64,000 bases of DNA from Octopus vulgaris (Eukaryota). The notes below the pieces were generated by a model. That model ran no database searches. It had not been told where the DNA came from and saw only the letters and a program-made list of their open reading frames with translations. A program made the translations under genes and the position numbers. Of this stretch, positions 41,058-54,976 are shown in pieces; position 1 is the first letter of the stretch, and each line of letters starts with the position of its first letter. Location: positions 180,544,001-180,608,000 of the forward strand of contig OX597815.1 of the NCBI GenBank assembly GCA_951406725.2. Direction: 5' to 3'.

Positions 41058-41058
<1 letters not shown>
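40539..41058 (+). mobile_element. RTE 5'-UTR-derived non-autonomous element with candidate HDV-like ribozyme at its 5' end
   Basis: GGGCATCCTTCTAGGAGAAGGTAACTC..AAACCT resembles the conserved RTE 5'-UTR motif; 40539-40595 fits an HDV-like strand order imperfectly. Confidence 0.5.
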
Positions 41059-41128
<70 letters not shown>

Positions 41129-42138
41129 AGATTCTCTTGTTGTGAGCGACAAATGAGGGTTCAGTAAAATAAAGCAGTGATCATGTTCTATGGGCACGAA
41201 TGTATCTCTCGGGGCCTGTTGGTGCCTTGCAAACCTTTTGGCAAATGGAATAAGTTGAGGATTCGGTTATACGTGCATGTGCGCGCGTGTTTGTCCACCA
41301 CCGCTGGACAACCGATGAGAGTGTGTTTATGTCCCAGCAACTTAGCTTTTCGGCAAAAGAGACCGACAAAATAAGTACCAGGCTAAAAAAAAAGAAAAGC
41401 CAAAAAAGGGGTCGATTTATTCGCTTAAAAATTCTTCAAGACACTGCGCCATCATTGCCGCAGTTAAATGACTGAAACAAGTAAAAGATAAAAGAAACGT
41501 GTTTTGAGTTTGGATGTAGAAAAGTCAAGTTGTAGCTAGAGATGGTTGTGGTTCATTATTTGGTGGAGGTTGGCTATAAAAAGATTTGATATGCGAGAAA
41601 GTATTTATCTGCGCTCTACGGGCGAACGTGGGTACTTTATCAAAAAGCATTAAGAGAAATTAAATAAGAGCTTAGCTAAAATACATTCAGATTTACTCCG
41701 CCTGTTTGCGATTCGAGTAAAGTTATTGGCACTCTGTCGGTTAAGATGAGGTCTGTCTCAGTTGACATGATCAACGGAACAGCCTGCTAGTGAAATTAAC
41801 AAGTGACTGAGCACTCCACAGACACACGTACCCTTAAGGTAGTTCTCAGGGAGAGTCAGTGTGATACAGAATATGACAAAGCTGGTCCTTTGAATTAAAG
41901 GTACAATTTATTTATGCCAGATGACTGGACTGGAGTAACGTGAAATAAAACGTCTTGCTTAAAGATAACTTACTTCCCAACTCTATGGTTCTGGGTTTAG
42001 TCCCACTGTGTGGCTCCTTGAGCAAGTGTCCTCTACTATAGCTTCAGGTCGACCAAAGCCTTGTGAGTGGATTTAGTAGACGGAAACAGACAGAAGCCCG
42101 TTGTATATATATATATTCTTTTATATATATATGTATAT

Positions 42139-42379
<241 letters not shown>

Positions 42380-42837
42380 TGTATGTATATATATATGTAT
42401 GTATGTATATGTTATAATTCTGTATCGCTTTCGTATTCTTTCTTGTACGCCCTTTCCTCTTCTCACTTCATCGTCTGACTTTCTTTTGACAGCTGTATCT
42501 ATGAAGAAAGAAATAAGCAAACTGAGAAAAGAAAAACGCAATTTGAACAGAAAAATGCGCCATTACCGACACAACAATGTAAAAGACGCCCCGAAGGAAA
42601 AACAAAAGCAAGAGATCAACAAAGGAGCGAATCATCCACAATGAAAAACAGAAATGAGAAAGCGGAAGAGAAAAACGAAAAGAATATTTGTAGAGGCTGC
42701 AGTTGTGCCTGTGTACTAAGAAGTTTGGCTCCCAACCGTATGGTTCCAGTTCAGTCCGAGTACGCCATGTTGATTCGCTAGCTTCTGCACGCATTTTTTC
42801 TCTCTCCTTGTTTCTCTCCGTGTTTCTTTTCTGTGTA

Positions 42838-42875
42838 TCTTTCTGTTGAAGAGCGTAGGCTCGAAACGTAAAAGA
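42838..42875 (+). ncRNA. HHR-like motif (A6U variant) in a repeat related to the 12304 family
   Basis: TCTTT-CTGTTGA-A-GAGC-gtag-GCTC-GAAA-CGT-A-AAAGA; downstream TTCCTGAGCG..TAATAC is shared with the 12304 family. Confidence 0.65.
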
Positions 42876-42972
42876 CTAGTTTTACTTATATTCCTGAGCG
42901 CCATACTAATACAATTTGTTTGTTTGTATTCCACCTGTCTTCGTCTTTTGTTTATTTTCATAAAGCTTCCCG

Positions 42973-43019
<47 letters not shown>

Positions 43020-43576
43020 TTCAAGCAAAAACTTATACTCTTTAAATATCATTTTTACTATTGTTGTTATTACCATCATCTTTATTATTTATGATATAAC
43101 AATCTGAAATACAATTGTCTATGCAAATTTATATAATTAGAAAATAATATAAATAAAGTGTTAAAATCTGAAAGTTAAATTAACAAACAATTATATAAAA
43201 AAGATAATGCAAATGAAGCTAAAATGACAATTTTATAATTTGGGGTTTATCAGCAGCTTTTATTGAAGAACTCAAAAGAGTTGTCTCCCCTTATTCACAA
43301 CACAGGAACTGAAGAACCACAATTACTACTACTTCCTGTTTTGCCAACATCCTAAATTAAACCAAACAACACATGGCCTTAATCCCATTGGATCCTAATA
43401 CCTCAAGGTAATTTTTTCATGAACAATCATTAAACTCAAGATACACAACGAACTCACAATGTATCGGAGTACTTATTTTTTAATTTTTATACATATTTAC
43501 TACTATTATTCTTTTGCAAAAAACAATGCAACTTTTTTTCCCCTTTCTCATTTTTAAAAAAACCTTTTCACCTAAC

Positions 43577-43618
43577 TATTCTTGATAAGTCAAACTATGA
43601 CGAAAACCGGTTTGAATA
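43577..43618 (+). ncRNA. Minimal type-I HHR (U3-A8 compensatory variant)
   Basis: TATTC-TTGATAA-GTCA-aacta-TGAC-GAA-AACCGGTT-T-GAATA: all helices intact, palindromic helix III. Confidence 0.78.
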
Positions 43619-43940
43619 AATATATATTTATATATTTTTTCATTTTCTCAATTCATTAAAATTTTCTTTCAATCGAGCATTCTGCATTTTTACAATTTTT
43701 CCTTGCTTATCATTTCTCCACGTGCGGTCAACACAACCCCACCATTTATTGATATATATATATATATATATATCGACCTTTGTCTTTCCCTTGGATAACA
43801 CTGGTGGCGTGGAGAGGGGAGGCTGGTATGCATGGGCGACTGCTGGTCTTCCATAAACTACCTTGCCCGGACTTGTGCCTGGGAGGTTAACTTTCTAGGT
43901 GTAATCCCATGGTCATTCATGACCGAAGGGGGTCTTTACC

Positions 43941-44015
<75 letters not shown>

Positions 44016-44167
44016 CGTGTACACACATATACTGGGGTGGATTTATTCGACTGAAAATTCTTCAAGGCTATGCCCCATTACAATTGTAATGGTAAAATTA
44101 TTAATCAGTAATTGATTAATTAATTATAACGTTTATTATACACACACGCACGCACACACACACGCGC

Positions 44168-44225
<58 letters not shown>

Positions 44226-44751
44226 TCTGCTCAATACCACAGATTTGCTTGTCAGTTATTTGTCCTTAACCAGTTGAGCATGTCCCTTAGTGGCTGACGA
44301 TATGTGCATCTCTGATCGCGAGCAGAAGTAGTGGGGGAGCATCATAACCATGTGGTGAGAGGGATTCTTCGGGGTTTGAATAATTCACCTCTGGAAACAT
44401 GGGTGTTTCGTTCTACATCCTTAAATAACCCTTATTCAGGGACCCTTTGAGCAGGATGGGTTACTCGACCAGTGTTGCTATTTCGTCACATATTAGAACT
44501 TTTCCCCACATATATTTTGATAATAGTCGAATTATATTATTTATTTATCTATTCCTTAATTTCTCTCCTCTTTGCTTTGCATTGTTTCTAGTTTTATTTG
44601 TTTTTGTATTCATTTGTATTTATTTATCTCCTTATGCCTACGCAGAACAAATCACCGCTACATTGCAGATCGATCATAAGAGCTACGAGTACAAACACAC
44701 AACCACGTACACACGCGTAATTACAATTATATACATTATCTTATATATATA

Positions 44752-44973
44752 TCTTTATTGCCTACAAGGGGCTAAACACAGAGGGGACAAACAAGGACAG
44801 ACAAACGGATTAAGTCGATTACATCGACCCCAGTGCGAAACTGGTACTTAATTTATCGACTCCGAAAGGATGAAAGGCAAAGTCGACCTCGGCGGAATTT
44901 GAACTCAGAACGTAATGGCAGACGAAATACGGCTACGCATTTCGCCCGGCGTGCTAACGTTTCTGCCAGCTCG
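44752..44973 (-). mobile_element. SINE family B
   Basis: Family match; TSD ACATTATCTTATAT. Confidence 0.9.
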
Positions 44974-45460
44974 CAGAACATTATCTTATATAATAACTGT
45001 ACATGTCTAGCGTTCGCTAACTCAATAGCTCCCTGCAAATGTATGCCTGTACCTGGCTTAAGGTTTTATTTTTCGTTTGTTTTGTTGCCAGCTCTATCTC
45101 TATTAGACAGCTCTATCTCGCTCTGGTTTTGTTCGAAAATATTTTTGTGAAAAATGGAGGGCATAATTCTGTTACCAACAGCTCCTTTTTTTAGTTTTTT
45201 ACTCAGCTAGCAGATGAGTACACATTTCGAGCTCGCGGTCACAGTGCTCTACTGAAGCTGGGTGTAAATAAGCATCTCTTGTTAGTTTAATTTGAATGAA
45301 TAACGCAACCACAAAGCAAGTAAGAAAACGTCCAGATCAAATACAGAACAGCCTGCAGCTTCGGACATTAGGTCTCATTATTTGAAAGGTAATTTTGTTT
45401 TCGGATATGTACTTGCATAGCAAGTGACTTGATCTGAGATCGTGTGCTGAAACGAAAACA

Positions 45461-45736
45461 ATTGCAGCGTGGAAGGTGTTTGTAAGCCATTTAAGAAACA
45501 CACAAAAGCCGTTCGATTCACTTCAACATTTAAGTTTAATTTGTCAAAATATTTTCGTCGCTTTAAGACCGCGACCTGTTCACTGACAAAAATCCGTGCT
45601 GCATCTTTTGTCAGTGAACAGGTCGCGGTCTTAAAGCGACGAAAATATTTTGACAGATTAAACTTAAATGTTGAAGTGAATCGAACGGCTTTTGTGTGTT
45701 TCTTAAATGGCTTACAAACACCTTCCACGCTGCAAT
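45461..45736. repeat. Near-perfect foldback (131-bp arms, 14-nt spacer); each arm carries an HHR-like motif
   Basis: Mirror ORFs at 45378(-) and 45469(+); a partial dispersed copy lies at 16561-16698. Confidence 0.92.
45609..45655 (+). ncRNA. Minimal type-I HHR (G3-C8 compensatory variant)
   Basis: TGTCA-GTGAACA-G-GTCGC-ggtcttaaa-GCGAC-GAA-AATATT-T-TGACA; mirror copy at 45541-45590 (-). Confidence 0.75.
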
Positions 45737-46221
45737 AATTTTGTTTTCCTCAAGCCTTAATCTAGTTTTAGACCACCATTCTTTTCTGTTGAGAAGGAGA
45801 TGTTCTCGGTTAACAGCGCCAAGAACTTGGGGTTGACTTTCATGGTATCATGATATCTCTATTTTGGATTTGTGATAAGAACACTTTTAAAAACTAGTTC
45901 CCCATAAACACTGCTATAGAAGCCTGAAATCATTAAAACGGCTGACTTGGTCAGTCCATTGCATAAAATACTTGAAGAGGCTAGCTTCCATACTGCAACA
46001 ACTCACCTTCTTCCCGCGCTTCTTGTCAAAAGAACATTTCAAGCTCATATCTAATACATGTTTTACATAGTTCTGGTTAAATCCTTCAAGTGTGGTGACG
46101 TCTCGTTGATAAATATAGCGCTGAGTCAAATGTTTTCAACGTAATTTATTTGCTTTACTCAAGCTACGACAAAAGCAGTCTCACATTCAAAGTAGAAGCC
46201 ATCATGTTGCACCGTCTGAAG

Positions 46222-46335
46222 CTACCTTTTTTTCTGTTCTTTGATCTCACGCTGATGCCAGTTCTTGTCTTTCGAGGCGAAGAACTCCTTCACTGAAGCT
46301 TCCATCTCCACTAGTTGACGAAATGTGTTTTTTGT
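46222..46335 (-). pseudogene. Mariner transposase C-terminal fragment
   Basis: FRQLVEMEASVKEFFASKDKNWHQREIKEQKKR* resembles mariner 'F....EV...V.EFFASK...FY..GI..L..RW'. Confidence 0.65.
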
Positions 46336-46789
46336 CGTTACTTGACAAAGCAAATAAGTAACCAAAATATGGCAAAACTTTTGCCTCAGCACAATAGACA
46401 AAATATCACATGAGTATTTATTGCACGAATGTGATGACGTGGGTGTCAAGGAAAGCTTGATGGAAAGTTTCAAGTCTTTCACAAGACTCGTTTCCTTACT
46501 GCTTCAAAGCATCCAAAATCTCCGTCTTTAAGTTGTTCCAATTATGCAAGGACTTGTGTCTGATGACAGAGCTCGTAAGGTATACAAAAGAGCCTCCTAC
46601 ACAGAGTTTTGGTCTTTTGGACGAGTATATTTGGTTCTAAATACGACTCTTTTGGAACTGATATAAATATCATCTCAATTTTCTTCAGACTTGCAGTCGA
46701 AAGGCACTGGGAAAGAGGTTCGTTGTCATCTGAAAATCTTGCTCTAACTGTGCCACAGGATCACAGTCATCTGTCAACAACAAATCGGG

Positions 46790-47590
46790 AATAAAAGTTA
46801 TGGACGTCTTTCATTTAGCTTTGAAACGATTCAAATGAATCAGTTTACCTACTGTTGTGATGGCGGGAAAAAAATGCCTGGATGACGGTTCTGAAGTCCA
46901 TGGAGATTACAACTGCAGCGTATACGGAGAATAAAGTTGGTGCAGGTATATTTCTCTGTCTGATACTATTTGTCCACTCGTCTCTGACATTTGATATCGG
47001 CTTTTATAACAGTGTGTAGTTGGGCAAACATATCACCAAATGTTGGTGGAAATCCCATCTTTTTCTAACTTCTCCAAAATTCTTTTCTATTTACCCTATC
47101 AATGGTTTTCATTAGGTGAATAAAAACTAAAGGAGTCTTCTCTCGCAACTCTTTGACACTTAAGAACGTATCTATAGTACCTCTGTATCTACCAGATCTA
47201 AATTCCCTTCGAGATTCTAGGGCAACAATGGAAGTATATGCGATTCGAAAATTACTACAGTTAAACTTTGGCACATTCTCCTTCCACTGTGAATTCAGTA
47301 TGCCATATCACCAATCCTGTGGAACTGGTAAATTATTACATGGATGACTGTTAGTTTGATCATAAGATCGCTCATTGCATCCTCCCCCAATGCTTTATAA
47401 CTTCAACTGTCATGCCACCAGCACGTTCTTTTTTTTTTCTTTTTTTTCGAAATAATCTAGTTTCATGGTAGTTTTGCCTTCTTCTAAATTAGGATTATCA
47501 TTCATCTCTTCAATATAACGCTGCTGCGTTTCTCATTTGTTGTGGATAGATTGTGAAAATGATCCGTGAAATGTTTTGTCCAGCGTTTCA
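46790..47590 (-). pseudogene. Degenerate RTE-clade RT fragment
   Basis: LESRREFRSGRYRGTIDTFLSVKELREKTPLVFIHLMKTIDRVNRKEFWRS matches the RTE 'PESQCGFR..RGT.D.IF..RQLQEK..L.FIDL.KAFD.V.R..LW' pattern. Confidence 0.72.
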
Positions 47591-47687
47591 GAATTCACTG
47601 CCTCTGTTTAAAGTGGCTCAGCTTTTGAGATAGAGAGAAACAGTAGCTGACGAGCGACGAGTAAATATCTGTATAACAAGCTATACA

Positions 47688-48082
47688 GTGGCTGTGTGGT
47701 AAGTAGCTTGCTAACCAACCACATGGTTCCGGGTTCAGTCCCACTGCGTGGCATCTTGGGCAAGTGTCTTCTGCTATAGCCTCGGGCCGACCAAAGCCTT
47801 GTGAGTGGATTTGGTAGACGGAAACTGAAAGAAGCCTGTCGTATATAATTGTATACATATGTATGTGTGTGTATATGTTTGTGTGTTTGTGTTTGTCCCT
47901 CTAGCATTGCTTGACAACCGATGCTGGTGTGTTTACGTCGCCGTCACTTAGCGGTTCGGCAAAAGAGACCGATAGAATAAGTACTGGGCTTACAAAGAAT
48001 AAGTCCCGGGGTCGATTTGCTCGACTAAAGGCGGTGCTCCAGCATGGCCGCAGTCAAGTGACTGAAACAATTAAAAGAGTAA
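47688..48082 (+). mobile_element. SINE family A
   Basis: Full family match. Confidence 0.92.
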
Positions 48083-49511
48083 AGAGTATACACTGTTTGG
48101 GAATGTTTCTCGTCAAAGGTTAGTTGAACATTTTAGGATGTACTTCATCACTACGCATCTTCTTTCTCTCGGAAAAATTTGTAGCACTCCAAATTCTTTT
48201 CTGTTTTCAAACGTTTCTTTTCAGGAAAATTTGGAATGAAATATTTTTCGTGTAATTTATGCTTAATGTTTAGAAACTCACAACTCACGCGTATTAGAGT
48301 TATTTTCAATAACGAGATAAAACGGTGACAATTAAAAAGCTATAACTCTCAACGAATCAAATCTATGGTTCTGAAACGGGGTCAATACGAACCTTGGGGT
48401 TTTACTTAGAATAAATTGGGTTTACAGATTATCTTAATAATTTTTAAAATATAAATTCCTGATAATATTTAATTCTAAAAATATAGTAGGCTTTCTTAGA
48501 CATTGAACGACAAGGAGGATTCACCCGAGTAAAATAGGAGTCAAAATGGTTCATTGGTTGTTATATCGCAATACTACACAGTGGCTGTGTGTGCTACGAA
48601 ATCCTCGTCTCCACGTTACGGATGACCTCTACTCATCTCCTCTACGTCTAGACTTCTCCCTCTATATCTACGTATTGGGCTAACCTACTTCATCGCCTGG
48701 GGGGCGTCGACACAACATAGGTAAAAAGCGGTTGCGAACCCCTGAAATAAATAAATGAATGACAACTAATGACAATCTAGAGAAACCGGATACGATCCCG
48801 GAAGTGGTCAATAAAAACACCCAAAATTTCGTCAATGAAGGGCGACAAAATGATCAAAAGGACACCACCTTTACAAAAATATGTAGTAACAAACCAATGA
48901 AAAGAATATTCACACTTAGAGGAATCAACGAACTGGAATGTCGATAAAGCGAGCTTTAGAAAAACAGCCACCTGAAAGAGTGCAGCGGTGGGAAACTCGG
49001 TTTAAGTAAACAATAAATTCTCGACTGTGTATTGAGTAATTTGTTCCTATTTAATTTACAGCTGAACATTTAAATGTGTGTGAGTGTGTGTGTGTGTGTG
49101 TAAGAGGAAGGGAGTGCGTATGTGTGCATGTGTGTATGCGTATAAAGGGCGCATTGAGTTTTATAGTAGGACGTGCCCTAAAAGACCGGAAAGTTACGGT
49201 TGGAATGTCTTTGATCAGAGGTCTGCTCGGTCAGAGCTGATCTGGAGTTAAATAACAACAACAACAATAAAAACAGCAACATAAACATAGCAGCAACAAC
49301 AACAACAACTGTAAAATAAAAATAAAAAACTCTGAAAACAACAACAACAATAACAGCGAGAACAGGTTGCGATGGGCGAATTGTCAAAAAAAAAAAGAAA
49401 TTTAAATATAAAAAGAAAAAAATGAAATAAAGTGTGAACGGTTTTATCACTTCTGGGGTAAACCATATCAATATCGTTGACCGATATTCCCTGATATGAA
49501 GCACACACACA

Positions 49512-49579
<68 letters not shown>

Positions 49580-49669
49580 CACACACACAACCTGTAGCAT
49601 GAATTCCAAGTTGGCATGGGTCACTAGGACACTTTAATCAAAAGAAAAAGAAAATATATTCATACGTTT

Positions 49670-49723
<54 letters not shown>

Positions 49724-49790
49724 CTCTCTTACTCTCTCTTTCTCTGTCTGTATTGTCTCTTTCACACACACAATCTCTTTCTCTTCCTTC

Positions 49791-49826
<36 letters not shown>

Positions 49827-50498
49827 GTGTGTGTGTAGTTGTGAATTTTGTATATGTTTATGTGTGTATACAAGTACAGTGCGCGCACACACACGTACAC
49901 ACACACACACGCACACACGCACTAATACACATGTATGATATGCACAATAGCTAGTCTTCCTTTTGTTAATGTCACCGAGTAACGACAATATCATTTTATA
50001 TTAATTATTGAAAAGAGAGCTGGAGAGAGAGAGAGCGGGAGGGGGGAAGAAGGATCGGTGTGAGAGACACACACATAGAGAATGGGTTAAAGAGAGATAG
50101 AAAGAGAAAAAGAGTGAAAATGAGAGAGGGGCAGAGAAAGAGAGAGAGGTAGAGAAAGAGAGAGTGAGAGAGAGGAAGAAAGAGAGAATGTGTGTGCGTG
50201 AGAAGAAAAATAATGGCGTGATAGGAAAGAAGAAAATATTCATATACATAAATACATGTGTATATACGTATATATTTTTATGTTCATATATATATATATA
50301 TATATAAATACATGCATGCATATATATATTCATATATATGTGCATATATTTGTGCATATATATATGTGCATATATATATATATATATGCATATATATATG
50401 TGTGTGAATATATATATACATATATATATACACATATTTATGTATGAATATATATATGTGTGATATGTGTGTGTATATCAAAATCTCTCTCTCTCTCT

Positions 50499-50589
<91 letters not shown>

Positions 50590-50738
50590 GTAGTTGAATG
50601 AATTATCTTAGTATGGATAATTCGGTTAACCGATACCTGGGTAGCAAATTCACGTCAGAAAAACACGGTTGAAGCTACATGCCAAGGACAGAGATCACGT
50701 GCTTTCGTGTGGAAATTTGTGTGTTTTTTTTAATACAA

Positions 50739-50814
50739 ATAAATGAAAGAATGGAGTTGAACGACGATTTAACAAAAGGAATTTTGTTAAATCGTCGTTC
50801 AACTCCATTCTTTC

Positions 50815-50820
<6 letters not shown>
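50739..50820. repeat. Perfect 39-bp-stem hairpin with GGAA loop
   Basis: ATAAATGAAAGAATGGAGTTGAACGACGATTTAACAAAA-ggaa-exact reverse complement. Confidence 0.95.
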
Positions 50821-50861
<41 letters not shown>

Positions 50862-50868
<7 letters not shown>

Positions 50869-51148
50869 AAATGTCAAGGTAGAAAATGCTAAAATAATTT
50901 TATAAAAAACATTTCAGTATCGGTTCCAGTCATTCAGACTTTTTCAACTGTAAGTATGGAAAACAATTAAATTTTGGAAAAATTTAAAGAAAAGTTTTTA
51001 AATTATTCTTTTAAAAAAACTTTTCTTTTAATTTTTCCAAAATTTATTTGTTTTCCATGCTTACAGTTGAAAAAGCCTCAATGACTGGAACCGATACTGA
51101 AATGTTTTTTATAAAATTATTTTAGCATTTTCTACCTTGACATTTTTT

Positions 51149-51153
<5 letters not shown>
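50862..51153. repeat. ~290-bp foldback with degenerate HHR-like motif in each arm
   Basis: Arms are reverse-complementary; CAG-TTGAAAA-AG(T/C)C-t(g/c)aat-GACT-GGAA-CCGAT-A-CTG at 51064-51099 (+) and 50915-50950 (-). Confidence 0.85.
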
Positions 51154-51236
<83 letters not shown>

Positions 51237-52394
51237 GAAGAGGTTAGTGAGTGAATAAAGAAAACGTGAAAGTATAGAAGTGTTGAGGATAGAAGAAATA
51301 GAAAGGAATTAAGAGAAGTGGGGATGAAAAAATGTGGAGCCAGTGAAAATTGGGTTGTGGAAGAAGGGAGAATGGCAACGAAAGAAAGAAGAGTAGTTGA
51401 AATGGGTGAAATTCTGAGAAACAGGATTGCAGTTGAGAGTGACAGGTGGGGAGAGGGAGAAGATAAGAAAAGATGAGGCGGCGGTAAGCTGGCGGAGTCG
51501 TTAGCTTGCCTGGCAAAATGCTTAGCGGCATTTCGTCCATCTGTGCATTCTGAGTTCAAATTCAGCCAAGGTCGAATTTGCCTTTGATCCCTTTCGGGCA
51601 CGATAGAATAAGTACTAGCTGAGCACTGGGGTCAAAACAATCGACTTAGCACTTTCCCTGAAATTGCAGGCCTTGTGTCAAAATTTGAAACCAGATAGGG
51701 GGATTGCTTTGCAACTGCATGGTTTCCGGTTCAGTCCCTTTGCACGGCACCTCAGACGAACGCCTTCTACTAAGTGGAGTAACATGGGTGCAAACTCAAT
51801 TTTATCTTCTCGTTAGGGGTGGGCAGGTGAAGAAATGAAAAAAAAAAGAGTGTCACTAATATTGATTTCGGATTTTGGCACAAAGTTAGCATCATCGGGG
51901 GTGGGGTGGGAGTTATATCGATTAGATCGATCTCAGCACTAAGCTGTTATTTATTTTATCGACTGCGAAAGGCTGAAAGGTAAAGTCGATCTTGTTCGGC
52001 GGAATTTGAACGTAAAGACGGACAAAATGACGCTAAGCATTTCATCCGGTGTGCTGACGCTTCTTTTCTACACTAGGCACAAGGCCCGAAATTTTGGGGG
52101 AGGGGGCCACTCGATTAGATCGATCCCGGTACGCAACTAGTGCTTAATTTACCGACACCGAAAGGATGAAAGGCAAAGATGACTTCGGTGGAATTTGAAC
52201 TCAGAACGTAAAGACAGACGAAATGCCGCTAAACATTTTGCCTGGTGCGTTTGCGATTCAGCCTCAATGCGTTAACTGATATTAGAGGAATGGTTTCTCG
52301 TGTTGTAATTCTAAGAACCATAGCAGTAAGCGAAATGAACTGAAAGACAAGTGAAGACTTATAATTAAGCAATTTATGCACATATTGTACACAT

Positions 52395-52775
52395 AGGCGC
52401 AGGAGTGGCTGTGTGGTAAGTAGCTTGCTAACCAACCACATGGTTCCGGGTTCAGTCCCACTGCGTGGCATCTTGGGCCACGGGCCAACCAATGCCTTGT
52501 GAGTGCATTTGGTAGACGGAAACTGAAAGAAGCCTGTCGTATATATGTATATATATATATATATGTATGTGTGTGTTTGTGTATCTGCGTTTGTCCCCCT
52601 AGCATTGCTTGACACCGATGCTGGTGTGTTTACGTCCCCGTCACTTAGCGGTTCGGCAAAAGAGACCGATAGAATAAGTACTGGGCTTACAAAGAATGAG
52701 TCCTGGGGTCGATATGCTCGACTAAAGGCGGTGCTCCAGCATGGCCGCAGTCAAATGACTGAAACAAGTAAAAAA
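52395..52775 (+). mobile_element. SINE family A
   Basis: Family match with a small internal deletion. Confidence 0.9.
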
Positions 52776-53619
52776 AAAAGAAAAAAAGAAGAAAAAGAGT
52801 ATATCATTCTGGATGCGGTCAGGTTTCACAGAGACGGACGCAAGCAAATTAATTCATCGACATTTGACTATTCGGGAGGAATTTAAGGGTCTCTGCGTCC
52901 AGAATGAGATCTATGTAAATTATTTACTTATTCTATTGGTGCAGGCGTGGCTGTGTGGTAAGAAGTTTGCTTCTCAACCACATAGTTTCGCGTTCAGTCT
53001 CACTGCGTGGAACATTGGACTCGTTTCGTTTGTTCTAATCTTGGGTCAACCAAAACCTTGTGTTATCTCCAACGATAGGTCTACAGCTTTAGTATTACTG
53101 TTCGCAACTTGTCGGAAGTGATTCACTTCCGGTTTGTATCTGGGATCGAAGTTGTTTTGTTTTCAGACAAACGGGTGGGTTTTTTTTTTTTTTTTTTTTC
53201 CATCTATATCTCGGAAAACCCGCTGCCAGCCCGGGGTATTCACCTTCTTTGGCTATTTCATGTTACTGCGAACGTGGCTATGTACCAGTGTGATCAATTT
53301 TCTGCTGCTTCTAGAATGATGAGCTGACAAAGATTTTTTTTTCTATCGTACACTTGCCATACATTTGTATATACACAAGGTGCTACTGCACGATGTAACG
53401 TACGAGTAGAAAATAAATGGCTCCAAAAATTTTAACTATTGCTCGTCTTTGTTATAACAGTGGTGACTGTAACCCCGCTCGCTTAGATTTCTACACGAAG
53501 CAGTAACACCTTGTCATTGGATTTGGTTGACAGAAACTGAAAGAAGTCCGTCGTATGTGTGTGTTTCACCACTGCTTGAAAAACGGTGTTGGCATGCTTA
53601 TTCTTTTGCTTTTTATTCT

Positions 53620-54016
53620 TTTACTTTTTTCAGTCATTTGACTGCGGCCATGCTGGAGCACCGCCTTTAATCTAGCAACTCGACCCCGGGACTTATTCTT
53701 TTGTAAGCCCAGTACTTATTCTATCGGTCTCTTTTGCCGAACCGCTAAGTAACGGGGGACATAAACACACCAGCATCGGTTGTCAAGAAATGCTAGGGGG
53801 ACAAACACAGACACACAAACACACACACGCATACATATATATACATATTTACGACGGGCTTCTTTCAGTTTTCGTCTACCAAATCCACTCACAAGGCTTT
53901 GGTCAAGCCGAGGCTATAGTAGAAGACACTTGCCCAAGGTGCCACGCAGTGGGACTGAACCCGGAACCATATGTGGCTGGTAAACAAGCTACTTACCACA
54001 TAGCCACTCCTGCGCC
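53620..54016 (-). mobile_element. SINE family A nested in an older plus-strand A copy
   Basis: The host copy resumes at ~54018-54168. Confidence 0.85.
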
Positions 54017-54371
54017 TACGTTCCCTTAACTTAGCAGTCCAGCAAAAAGAAACCCATAGAATTAGTACCAAGCTTTAAAAAAGTACTGGGGTCGAATTAT
54101 TCGACTAAAATTTCTTCGAGGTCGTGTCCCCAGCATGGCCGCAGTCTAATGACTGAAACAAGTAAAAGGTACGTCTTGACTTGTTTTTCAGCTCATTTTG
54201 TTTACTGCATTTATTAGAAGCGGTCTTCCTGAATCACCTGGCCATGAATGTACTCATGCATGGATTTCTATATAATCACTGGCACAGTTTAACGACAATT
54301 GAGTGCTTTCCGTACATTTCGTACGGAGATTCATACTCAATGCATTTTTTGAATAACTTTTATCCATACAA

Positions 54372-54429
<58 letters not shown>

Positions 54430-54686
54430 TTGTGAAGAGTGAGCTCACAAACAGTCGTTCTTTCGTGGGAAAATGTTCAAGTGACACTGAAATTTCATTC
54501 ATTTATTTCTTCATTCATTCACATATTCGTTTCTTCATTCGATCATTCGCATAGCTTAAATAAATAAATAAATAAATAGGGTTACATTAAGTCTTTCTGT
54601 TATGTTTTACTTGTTTTCAGTCACTAGGCTGTGGCCATGCTGGGGCACCGCCTTGAAGAATTTTGAGTCCAATGGGTCCACCCAAG

Positions 54687-54759
<73 letters not shown>

Positions 54760-54920
54760 CGTGATCACGTGACCGACCAGACCATCAGATGTTGCTACAC
54801 ATCGCTGGTCACAATGCGTTCGCATTCTTTTAGCCTTCGAATGACGCCACCCTACTGGCTAAGCGAGCAGGCCAACAGAAGAAAGAGTGAGAGAAAGAGT
54901 GGTGAAAGAGTACAGCAAGA

Positions 54921-54974
<54 letters not shown>

Positions 54975-54976
<2 letters not shown>

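Noticed and set aside
44228-44470. Structured repeat with possible HDV-like fold on the minus strand (..GCCACTAAGGGA)
   Set aside because: The strand order did not fit the HDV topology unambiguously by eye.
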